Source: Candidatus Thorarchaeota archaeon (GTDB lineage: Archaea > Asgardarchaeota > Thorarchaeia > Thorarchaeales > Thorarchaeaceae). Taken from it: a DNA stretch of 64,000 bases. Location of the stretch: contig DXJO01000027.1 in assembly GCA_019057475.1 (NCBI GenBank), forward strand, positions 1-64,000, in the 5' to 3' direction. A program made the translations under genes and the position numbers. Position 1 is the first letter of the stretch. The number at the start of each line of letters is the position of its first letter. Under the pieces are notes generated by a model. The model was given only the letters and a program-made list of their open reading frames with translations. It searched no databases and was not told where the DNA came from. This document shows positions 41,376 through 49,735 of the stretch, one piece after another.

Positions 41376-41735
41376 ATGTCACATCGACGCGGTCTAAGGT
41401 TTGCAAAGACAACCTGCCCAATATGCGGAAGCAAGGAAGTCGCCAGGGATGATTCCAAGGGTGATCTTCTCTGCACCAACTGCGGCCATATAATGATTCG
41501 AAAGGAAACCAGAGCGGTCGGCAAATACGAAGTTGCCCAGCACTTGAAGAGAAATGGAAAGATGACATTCCCGATGTTGAGGGAGGTTACCGGTGCCTCT
41601 GATGACAAGCTCTTCGGTGTAATTGAGAACATGGAAAACATGGGCTTGATCCAGGACATAGGTGGCAAGTACACGCTGACCAAACGCGGTCAACGCTGGT
41701 ACAGGCAGAGACTCGGGCAGGAATGGGGCTACTAG
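41376..41735 (+). CDS. TFIIB-type zinc ribbon fused to a winged helix
   Basis: CPICGSKEVARDDSKGDLLCTNCG followed by helix-helix-helix and GLIQ..GKYTLTKRG. Confidence 0.75.
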   Translation: MSHRRGLRFAKTTCPICGSKEVARDDSKGDLLCTNCGHIMIRKETRAVGKYEVAQHLKRNGKMTFPMLREVTGASDDKLFGVIENMENMGLIQDIGGKYTLTKRGQRWYRQRLGQEWGY

Positions 41736-41935
41736 TGTCCTTCGGGATACCGCCTCGCGCTGTTAGTTGATACGCCGTTAACGAGATTGATGTCGTAAGT
41801 TACGTTTCTTTGCGTGCACCTATCTCAACCGTTCATTGTAGGTTGTACAAAGTTGGACACCGAAGTCTAGTACGTCCAGGAAACGGCACTGGACTACTCC
41901 GTGAGGACCCTTCACAGGTGTGTCATATTCCTCAG

Positions 41936-41963
41936 AGACCAATGTCGTATTGGTCTATATAAA
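41936..41963. promoter_or_regulatory. Perfect 8-bp inverted repeat AGACCAAT-N5-ATTGGTCT abutting a TATA-like box
   Basis: Arms at 41936-41943 and 41949-41956; TATATAAA at 41956-41963. Confidence 0.45.
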
Positions 41964-42218
41964 GCCCACAATAAAATTGTCCAGATACGTCTAACTTTGC
42001 AGCAGCTATTTGCAACCCTTAATATACTATGAAAATTGTTTAACTAAGGGTCCGGATGCAGAAGGGTTACATACTCTCCCCCCTCCTAACCACGCGAATA
42101 CCTACTTTCTATTTTCCTTCTGCGTTCGAAACCCCTACCTATTCTACGGCCCTAACTAGTTATCGCAGAGAGCTGACAACATTGTCATGCCTCACAGTTG
42201 TCAAGCACTTGCCGGGTT

Positions 42219-42437
42219 TTATCCGACGAGCGTACTGAAACAAGATCCAAAACAAGAGATGTGCTCAATCCTTGGTCGAGAGTAAACAGCCCAAGACCCA
42301 TCTCCAACAAGCCTTACAAGCACGTGGTTATCTCGCCGCATTAGCCTAACGAGGTTTAAAGCGGCCCTGACTCCCTTCGGATTCTCGACCAGCTTGTAGA
42401 CATGACCATTGATAATTTGCCACTTATCGGCTATCAT
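42219..42437 (-). CDS. Small hypothetical protein
   Basis: 72-aa ORF with ATG start, co-oriented just downstream of the WD40 gene, not overlapping other genes. Confidence 0.55.
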   Translation of the reverse strand: MIADKWQIINGHVYKLVENPKGVRAALNLVRLMRRDNHVLVRLVGDGSWAVYSRPRIEHISCFGSCFSTLVG

Positions 42438-42493
42438 ATACTCTGGTGTCTGCTTTGCTTAATAACCCCGTCTGATAGGATTGCAACGAGAAT

Positions 42494-43645
42494 TCACTTG
42501 CGGATTACGATGTTTGCGCCATCAATCCGAACATGCGGAAACTCGTCTGACAGCTCAAGTAGCCAGTCCTCCAGTTCCTCAACACTACTGAAGCGGAGCA
42601 ACGTGGCTAGGCGATTCATGGGTAGGGTTTCATACCTTCCGATTATCTTTCGGAGCTGCATCATCCTGAAGGCTGCAAGCTCTGCTTTTTCTTCCTCAGT
42701 ACGGGGCGCGATCTTGTCAATCCACGGACTGCCCAGCGGAAAGTCCCACACGTAGATCTCACCCTCAAGAGTACCCGCAACAAGTTGACGACCGTCGCTA
42801 CTCATCGCTAGGGAGTGCACGTTCTCCGTGTGGTCAAGTGTCCTCAACAGAACACCTCCGTGCATTTGCCATACTCTGATTGTGCCGTCATTGGCGCCTG
42901 TCACAAGGTATCGTCCATCGTGGGACACCCATAGTAGCAGGATTGCGGAGGTGTGACCTGACAAGGTGTTCAGTAGCGTTCCAGAATCTACATCCCAGAT
43001 ATGAACATCTCCATCCTGACCACCTGAAATCATGAAACGTGATTCAGGTGTGAATACGAGTCGAGTTACATTCCCTTTGTGCCCATGAAGTGTATGGAGT
43101 AGAGATCCCGTATCGAGGTCTCGTAGCCATAGAATGCCTGTGGGATTCCTCCCGAGTGCCCTCTTTGAGCCAGACACAAGATAGGCCCCATCTGGACTAA
43201 CAGCAATTGAATAAACTCCTGCGCCTTGTTCCCGGATGCGGGCTATAACTGAATGACCAATATCCCACACACGATCCTTGCCGTCGTCCCCACCCGTGAT
43301 AACGTAGCAGTCATCTGGGGTGATGGCGATTGCAATGGTATGCAGTGAGTTTGGTGTGAGTGTATTCAGTGCAGTGCCAGCTTCGACGTCCCAGACCCTC
43401 ACTGCGGAATCCCTATCTGACACCGAGAAAACGCGGCGTCCATCAGAAGTCGCAACCAGTCCGTAGACAGGGCCCTCGTGACCAATGAACGTATGCACAA
43501 GCTTGCCTGTCTGAATGTCCCAGAGCCGGACTGTAGCGTCTTGACCACCTGAAACCACATGACGCCCGTCCTGGGTCAAAACCACCGACCAGACTGTGAA
43601 CTCATGCCCCTCGAGCAAGACTGTAAGTTCGAGATTCCCTTCCAC
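42494..43645 (-). CDS. WD40-repeat beta-propeller protein with C-terminal PCI-like winged helix
   Basis: About 7 GH..WD repeats (e.g. GHEFTVWSV..VRLWD); tail LRKIIGRYETLPMNRLATLLRFSSVEELEDWLLEL..VRIDG. Confidence 0.88.
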   Translation of the reverse strand: MEGNLELTVLLEGHEFTVWSVVLTQDGRHVVSGGQDATVRLWDIQTGKLVHTFIGHEGPVYGLVATSDGRRVFSVSDRDSAVRVWDVEAGTALNTLTPNSLHTIAIAITPDDCYVITGGDDGKDRVWDIGHSVIARIREQGAGVYSIAVSPDGAYLVSGSKRALGRNPTGILWLRDLDTGSLLHTLHGHKGNVTRLVFTPESRFMISGGQDGDVHIWDVDSGTLLNTLSGHTSAILLLWVSHDGRYLVTGANDGTIRVWQMHGGVLLRTLDHTENVHSLAMSSDGRQLVAGTLEGEIYVWDFPLGSPWIDKIAPRTEEEKAELAAFRMMQLRKIIGRYETLPMNRLATLLRFSSVEELEDWLLELSDEFPHVRIDGANIVIRK

Positions 43646-43820
43646 CAGTGGTCACTCCTGTATTCTACCGGGTAGCAGCACGCCTTAAAGGCCTATAAGT
43701 ACGAGTATGAGAAAGAAAAGCTTGCCGATTCTCTTGGTAATACTTTGGCAGGCACTGAAGATGGTAATCTCCAGATATCTCTAGAATCTTCGCCGAAGGC
43801 AACGCCAAGTGGAGAAATAG

Positions 43821-43927
43821 TGGTGGACCGGGTGGGATTTGAACCCACGACCTTCTGGAGTTTTGATCTCCTGAGAGATCCAGAAGGATTGCAAACCAGA
43901 CGATCTGCCGGGCTAATCTACCGGCCC
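43821..43927 (-). tRNA. tRNA-Ala(TGC) with a 30-nt intron (about 43860-43889) and encoded CCA
   Basis: GGGCCGG/CCGGTCC acceptor stem with G3:U70, TCTGG/CCAGA anticodon stem, TT-TGC-A loop, GTGGG-TTCAAAT-CCCAC T arm, ACCA end; 77 nt after intron removal. Confidence 0.93.
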
Positions 43928-43959
43928 ACAGTTGCAGGTCTTTCCGTGCCAAGGGCGTT

Positions 43960-44571
43960 TTAACCCTTATGCTCTTGATACTCCTCGCGCACAACATCCA
44001 GCCAGAAGGGTGCGCCCTTGAGCGTGGAGGCTTCTTCAGTTGTAAGCTCCTTATACTCCACCAGACTCATGTCTTCCGGAATAATGCCACTGACTCCAGC
44101 AGGATCTTCCATAATTAATGTGAAATCAAAGTTCCCTGCAATGGCTCTATCCATCATATCGAGAACTTCTTGTCCTTTCTCCTTCTGCTCCTTGCTATCA
44201 GCGAAGCTGATTGCTGTTATGACAACATTTCGAGTACGTTGAAGCAGACCTTCGACGTTGGTGATGAATGACTCTGCGGTGGGACCGGGCTCGACATTAA
44301 TGCCAAACTCCGGTAGTCGAATAGTACCTGATCCGGATCTCACGACTCGCGCGTAGAGGAGCGCGGAATCGTTTACTTTGAGGGTCCATCTGCTGGGTGC
44401 TCTCTGCTCAGCTGAAAAAACGTCACTATGGTGGAAGTTGCATTTGGGGCACTCCATGATGAACATGGCTAGTTCGTTGAAGAAGGGTATGCTGTAGAGT
44501 ATCGACCTCATCTTCAGGTCGCCTTCACCACATGAGGGGCATCTGAGTGTGATGCCTTCTGTTTTGGACAT
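43960..44571 (-). CDS. ZPR1 zinc-finger family protein
   Basis: CPSCG..IPFF..CPKCNF..DV, RVVRS, FITNVEG, EDPAGVS. Confidence 0.93.
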   Translation of the reverse strand: MSKTEGITLRCPSCGEGDLKMRSILYSIPFFNELAMFIMECPKCNFHHSDVFSAEQRAPSRWTLKVNDSALLYARVVRSGSGTIRLPEFGINVEPGPTAESFITNVEGLLQRTRNVVITAISFADSKEQKEKGQEVLDMMDRAIAGNFDFTLIMEDPAGVSGIIPEDMSLVEYKELTTEEASTLKGAPFWLDVVREEYQEHKG

Positions 44572-44759
44572 AGAACCGCTTGTGAGTTTGTGTGCTTATA
44601 GTCCTATGCTCGCAGCTAGTAAAGAAACGGTTCACGGATAACTTGCCAGCGTGGCAAAGATACCACATAGCTATTTCTGCTATTGAAAAGAGAAGAGGAG
44701 GAGCTGGAGGTTCGCGAGAGATCAGTATCACTGCAAAACGAGTAAGAGGAACAACATCC

Positions 44760-45953
44760 ATGGAAATCAACAGCCTCTACATCATCAAACGCGATACAGG
44801 GATTTGCATGTATCACAAGGATTTCCAGGAAGAGGTCTTCGACCCTCAACTTCTATCCTCATTTGTCGTCGCCATGACTACCTTCTTTGACGAAGTCACT
44901 CGGTCTTCCAAACCTCAAGCAAGAGCGTTCGAAGGAGCAGATTACACTCTTATCGTTGAATTTGGAGAATGGACAGTTGGAGCGGTGTCTGCTGACAAAG
45001 AGTCACAGCGCCTAAGGGAGAAGCTCAAGAGTGTCATAGCCAAATTTGAGAACCAGTTTAGCCTTTTGCGATGGGTAGACCTAGATCTGGCAGTCTACAC
45101 CAGATTCGAGCGACATGTCATTGAAGAGTTCATCCGCGAACAGATAGAGTCTGACAGCCAAATCATAGTGAAACCACACTGGGAGTTCTACACAAAGAAC
45201 CCAGACGTGGTGTCATTTCTTAGATTGGTGCCACAAATATGCACCGTTAAGGACGCCGCAGATTTCTTGGAGATGCCGGTGGAAATTGCACTGAATCTTA
45301 CAGCTGAGGCACTATGGGAGAAGGCAATCATAGTCAGGGCATCCATAAAGGAGGATGACATCTACGATGCAACCGCACTGACTGGTCCAAGGGGGTTAGC
45401 CAAAGAGGTCCCCCCGGAAGTAACCAGAGTCCTCTCTCAACTAGATGGTGAAACACCGCTTACAATTGCCGCTGAGAGAGTCAAGACTGCCGACCTCAAA
45501 CGATTTCTAAGTGACATAGCAGTACTAGCAGAGAAGCACGAGGTTGAGCTTGTTTCTCCAGCTCAAGCCATTGTGGTTTTGTTCTCGTCAGCGCTTCAAG
45601 AATTGTTGGACAGATGTGCAAGAATTCTGGGTCGAAGAGTTACTCATCAAATGTTCTTTGATTCAAGAGATATTCAAGCACAGATCTATCCGTGGCTTGC
45701 CTTTGTGGACTTTGATGAAAGTCTAGATGTGGAAATCAAGAGCTCTCTCATGTCAGCTGCCGGCAAGCGAAGAATCACTCCTGAAATACTCAATGACGGG
45801 TTCAGGACATTCCTTCACTCAATTGTGAGAAACATCCGTTCCTATTTGGGCGCTAAGCCTGCTAATACTATCCTAGATAGAACTCGGGAAGAGATGGGGA
45901 AGCAGTTCCCTCGGCGCTATTTGGACATAGAATGGGAATTGTTACGTGTTTAA
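44760..45953 (+). CDS. Longin-domain protein with tandem winged-helix-like segments
   Basis: MEINSLYIIKRDTGICMYHKDF..DPQLLSSFVVAMTTFFDE longin pattern; TVKDAADFLEMP and VLSQLDGETPLTIAA segments. Confidence 0.75.
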   Translation: MEINSLYIIKRDTGICMYHKDFQEEVFDPQLLSSFVVAMTTFFDEVTRSSKPQARAFEGADYTLIVEFGEWTVGAVSADKESQRLREKLKSVIAKFENQFSLLRWVDLDLAVYTRFERHVIEEFIREQIESDSQIIVKPHWEFYTKNPDVVSFLRLVPQICTVKDAADFLEMPVEIALNLTAEALWEKAIIVRASIKEDDIYDATALTGPRGLAKEVPPEVTRVLSQLDGETPLTIAAERVKTADLKRFLSDIAVLAEKHEVELVSPAQAIVVLFSSALQELLDRCARILGRRVTHQMFFDSRDIQAQIYPWLAFVDFDESLDVEIKSSLMSAAGKRRITPEILNDGFRTFLHSIVRNIRSYLGAKPANTILDRTREEMGKQFPRRYLDIEWELLRV

Positions 45954-46022
45954 CGAAACATTTCACCAACACCAACAAGATTTACAAGCTAAAGAGAGAT
46001 TGAATCATTCTACACGAAGAGC

Positions 46023-46820
46023 GTGGAGAGGACCACTCGAGTGACCATATCGAAAACGCGCCGGGCATTGCCATTCCTCCTTGGCGGCATTCTAATTGCA
46101 ATGATTTGGGTAGTTTTATGGTTCTTAGGCCTTGACGATAGCTTGCTTCTGATGGCCATTTTCCTCCCGCCGTCTGCCGCATTAATATCCGGGATTATCG
46201 GTGTTGCGTACTTCGGACAAGAGGGCTTCATGCGGGAAGATAGGTTCCATATGATGAACCTGATGTTGGCTCTTGCATTGGTTGTATTCGCGATAGCCGA
46301 AATTGCAACCGGTGTGATTGGCAGTAGCGAAACTGGCTACTTGGCCATCATTCTAATGCAGCTTCCTGGACTGCTACTTGTAGCTCTTGGCGTAGCGAGT
46401 TACCTAAGAGCCACCACCGAGGTCTTGAACTACAGGAATTATAAAACGATAGCAGCAATAATTTGTATTCCATTTGGTTTCTTTGCTGTTGCTGGTGCAA
46501 TCATGGCAATAGCTGTTCCCGGAGCTTTGACAGTTGAATCCCTCGTCAACATTGTAGTGGCAGCGGGAATTGGATCCATCGTACTGGCTCTTGGAATGTT
46601 ATTGTGGGTCTTTCGACAAGGAGAATTTGCAGCACCTCTTGGATTCGCATTCATCGCAATGCTGCTCTATCTTGCCAGAAGCATTCTTTGGTGCTGGTTC
46701 GGTTTCACTCCTCTCGAATCGCTGTTCCAAGTCCTTGTCGTGGAGTCGTACATACTGTTGGGGGCATCTATCTCCGTGGCAAGAGGACTGCAAGACGGTA
46801 AGGCTGAAATTGTAACTTAG
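46023..46820 (+). CDS. Hypothetical polytopic membrane protein (about 8 TM)
   Basis: Successive hydrophobic helices along the whole ORF. Confidence 0.7.
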   Translation: MERTTRVTISKTRRALPFLLGGILIAMIWVVLWFLGLDDSLLLMAIFLPPSAALISGIIGVAYFGQEGFMREDRFHMMNLMLALALVVFAIAEIATGVIGSSETGYLAIILMQLPGLLLVALGVASYLRATTEVLNYRNYKTIAAIICIPFGFFAVAGAIMAIAVPGALTVESLVNIVVAAGIGSIVLALGMLLWVFRQGEFAAPLGFAFIAMLLYLARSILWCWFGFTPLESLFQVLVVESYILLGASISVARGLQDGKAEIVT

Positions 46821-46882
46821 CGGTTTCGCTTTCATTGACTAATAATGGATTAAATAGGTGCTTCAGAAAAGGGATGAATGAC

Positions 46883-47503
46883 ATGGAAGAAGAGCTGCTA
46901 TTCAGAGTTGTATTCGTTGTAACCTATGGTTTCTTCTTTGTTGTTAGAGGCTATTTCAGATTCTACAAAGCTAGGAAAGAATCAACGCAAATTGTAGCTA
47001 GAAATGAACCTACAGAATACGGAAAATTAGCTAAGACAGGTATAGCAGTATGCGTTCTTGGCTATTTGATCTCTGCAATTGTGTATATTCTAATCCCCGA
47101 GTATATTGTATGGGCTCAGTTTCCCGTCCCAGCCTTGGTTAGATGGGCAGGTTGTGTAGTCGCAATAATGACTATTCCATTGCTTGCTTGGATTCATATA
47201 ACGTTGGGAAAGCACTACTCTGCAGACCTTGTCATGAAGGATAATCACATGATAGTAACAAGTGGCCCCTATAGCAGAGTACGGCATCCAATGTATACTG
47301 TACTAATTACATTTTCAATAGGAGTAGCAATAATATCTGCAAATCTGCTGCTCATAGCCTTCTCAGTACTATTAGTAATGCTATTCCCATTTCTCGCTCG
47401 TCAAGAGGAACAGATGCTTCTAGATGGATTCGGTGAGGAATACAGTCAATACATGGAAAGAACTGGTCGATTCATCCCCCGATTATGTCACAAAGAAAAG
47501 TGA
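46883..47503 (+). CDS. Isoprenylcysteine carboxyl methyltransferase / PEMT-family membrane methyltransferase
   Basis: LGKHYS, HMIVTSGPYSRVRHPMY, EEQML..FGEEY..Y..RFIP. Confidence 0.88.
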   Translation: MEEELLFRVVFVVTYGFFFVVRGYFRFYKARKESTQIVARNEPTEYGKLAKTGIAVCVLGYLISAIVYILIPEYIVWAQFPVPALVRWAGCVVAIMTIPLLAWIHITLGKHYSADLVMKDNHMIVTSGPYSRVRHPMYTVLITFSIGVAIISANLLLIAFSVLLVMLFPFLARQEEQMLLDGFGEEYSQYMERTGRFIPRLCHKEK

Positions 47504-47677
47504 ATTGGAACCTGCCTTTCTTTTCGCTAGAACCTAGATCGAAGCCTGTGTAAGAGTGGAACATTTACGTCAGGTACTTCACCGCCTGCAATCTGGGGGC
47601 TACCAACCTCGAAATCAAAAACCCTTATTATTCCGTCCATGGTGCCGGCAATTGCTTGTCGGCCATTTGGATTCATC

Positions 47678-49735
47678 TTAGTCATGATGTTGTCGCTGCA
47701 TCCGCTTCCTGAGCTTTTCCCTCATCTCAGGAGAGATATCAGGGCTATCAGACATCATCTTCCTAAGGGTTTCAGGAGGAATCCGTTCGATCATCTTCTT
47801 CATAAGCTCGGGAGTTGGATCACCAGTCTTGAGCATATGCTTGAACATCTGCATTTCCTTTGAATCTGCTTCCTTGGTTGTGCGAGAAACCTCTTCACGA
47901 GCTACTTCTGCTACTTCTTCCGTCAGTTCCTCAACGCCCTGGTGTGCATAGTATGTGTCGTACAAAGCTTTGAAGACACCTCCGCGAGCAAGCAACTCCT
48001 CGTGCGAACCCTCCTCTATGAGTTCTCCGTGATCAAAGACAAGAATGCGAGATGCATCTGCAATAGTCGTGAGCCGGTGCGCAATGACTACTGTTGTGCG
48101 GTCTGCGAAAAGCAACGCCTGTGCATCTTGAACCAACGCCTCGGAATAGGCATCAAGCCGAGATGTGGCTTCGTCAAGAATCAATATGCGTGGATTGGCC
48201 AACATCGTTCGAGCTATTGTAATCATCTGTCTCTGACCAGCACTGAGGTTCTTCCCATTCTCCAGAACAAGTGTGTCGTAGCCGTTGGCCAAGACCTCAA
48301 TGAATTCGTTCGCACCAATGATCCTGCAAAGGTCATGGATTTCTTCGTCGGTTGCTTCAGGTCGACCATATCTGATGTTCTCCATAATGGAACCATCAAA
48401 GAGGTACGGTTCTTGTGGTATCAACGATACTGCATTGTGGAGAGATTCCAGAGTCACCTTGCGAAGGTCGTGGCTCCCAATGAGAATCCGTCCCTCTTGA
48501 GGATCGTAAAACCTGTTGATCAATGCAGCTAGAGTTGTCTTTCCGGCTCCGGTGTGCCCTACTACGGCTACCATCTCACCCGGATTAATCGTGAAATCAA
48601 CGGCCTTGAGCACGGGGGTATCAGGCACGTAAGAGAAAGTGATATTCTCAAAGGTGATACCGTCGCTTTCATCCGCAAGAACTTCGGCATTTGACAAATC
48701 AGCTATGGCACGCTTAGCATCGATGACATCCGAGATTCGGTCCATTGCGGCGAGTGAGGCTTGGATTTGGGTGCCACCCATAACTAGGCCAAGGAGCGGC
48801 CACATGAAGCGTCCAATGAGAATAATACCTAGAAAGACCTCACCAATTGTCAACGCTGGAAGGGTGCCGACAGCGAGACTTCCGCCCACAAAGAGGACAG
48901 CTGCCACTGCGAATTGGCCAATGGATCTGACAAGAGGCTGCATTAGGCTCATCAGTGCCATAAATTTCATACCATGATGGTAGGCCTTCTGATTAAGCTC
49001 AGACATATCCGCTGCTAGTTCGTCCTCACGATTGAAGGATTTCGCGATGTGAACTCCACTAAGATCCTCAGCTATTTGACCTGAAACCTTGCCATAAGCT
49101 CTCTGCGAGGCGAGCATAATCCTCTGGCCGACAGTCCCAAAAAGAATCATGATGAATGCAACACCAGGCACAACGACCAACGATGTCAAGGCCAGCTGCG
49201 CGGATGCAGACCATAGAAGATAGAGTGAAGATACGAGCATCAATATTTGACTTGCGAAATCAATCATCACTTGGACACCAGTTGTCAACGAAACTGTATC
49301 GGTAGTTACTCTAGATGTCACATTCCCACTCTGCTCTGACTTATGATACGATAAGTCCGCGTTGACAAGATGGCTATAAACATCTGATTGAACTCTCTGT
49401 ACAAAGCCAGCCTGTGCGCCGGCAAGAATCCAAGTGTTGATGCTTCTCAGGGTCCAAGAGGTAATCTTGAGTACAATATATAGAACAACCAAGAGGAGTA
49501 ACGCATCGAATGTCCCTCCAGCGCTGAACACAACATCAATCCCCATTGTGAGGACAAGGGGTTCGAATACTGCTACCAATGTTCCAATAATGGCAAATAC
49601 AGCTCCCACGGCCATAACACGCTTGAATGGTCCAAGATAGCCAAACATGCGCCCTAGAAGGAGTCGAACAGGGCGACTACGCTTCTCACGTTTGCCTGAT
49701 AGGCGCCTAGGCCCACCCCTTGGATGCATTCCCAT
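47678..49735 (-). CDS. ABC exporter, fused permease/ATPase (consensus-site half)
   Basis: TM domain, GHTGAGKT, LSAGQRQ, ILDEATS, IAHR. Confidence 0.93.
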   Translation of the reverse strand: MGMHPRGGPRRLSGKREKRSRPVRLLLGRMFGYLGPFKRVMAVGAVFAIIGTLVAVFEPLVLTMGIDVVFSAGGTFDALLLLVVLYIVLKITSWTLRSINTWILAGAQAGFVQRVQSDVYSHLVNADLSYHKSEQSGNVTSRVTTDTVSLTTGVQVMIDFASQILMLVSSLYLLWSASAQLALTSLVVVPGVAFIMILFGTVGQRIMLASQRAYGKVSGQIAEDLSGVHIAKSFNREDELAADMSELNQKAYHHGMKFMALMSLMQPLVRSIGQFAVAAVLFVGGSLAVGTLPALTIGEVFLGIILIGRFMWPLLGLVMGGTQIQASLAAMDRISDVIDAKRAIADLSNAEVLADESDGITFENITFSYVPDTPVLKAVDFTINPGEMVAVVGHTGAGKTTLAALINRFYDPQEGRILIGSHDLRKVTLESLHNAVSLIPQEPYLFDGSIMENIRYGRPEATDEEIHDLCRIIGANEFIEVLANGYDTLVLENGKNLSAGQRQMITIARTMLANPRILILDEATSRLDAYSEALVQDAQALLFADRTTVVIAHRLTTIADASRILVFDHGELIEEGSHEELLARGGVFKALYDTYYAHQGVEELTEEVAEVAREEVSRTTKEADSKEMQMFKHMLKTGDPTPELMKKMIERIPPETLRKMMSDSPDISPEMREKLRKRMQRQHHD

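Noticed and set aside
41740-41935. RNase P or SRP RNA (GAGGAA and AACAG..GGCGG fragments)
   Set aside because: The conserved motifs are incomplete and fall on different strands; no SRP helix-8 motif.
41736-43820. Integrated element at the tRNA-Ala 3' end
   Set aside because: No integrase and no duplicated tRNA 3' end (att site) seen.
22240-47503. Eukaryote-like CaaX prenylation pathway (prenyltransferase fold plus ICMT)
   Set aside because: The genes are about 23 kb apart, the barrel protein is predicted extracellular, and ICMT-family proteins are widespread in prokaryotes.
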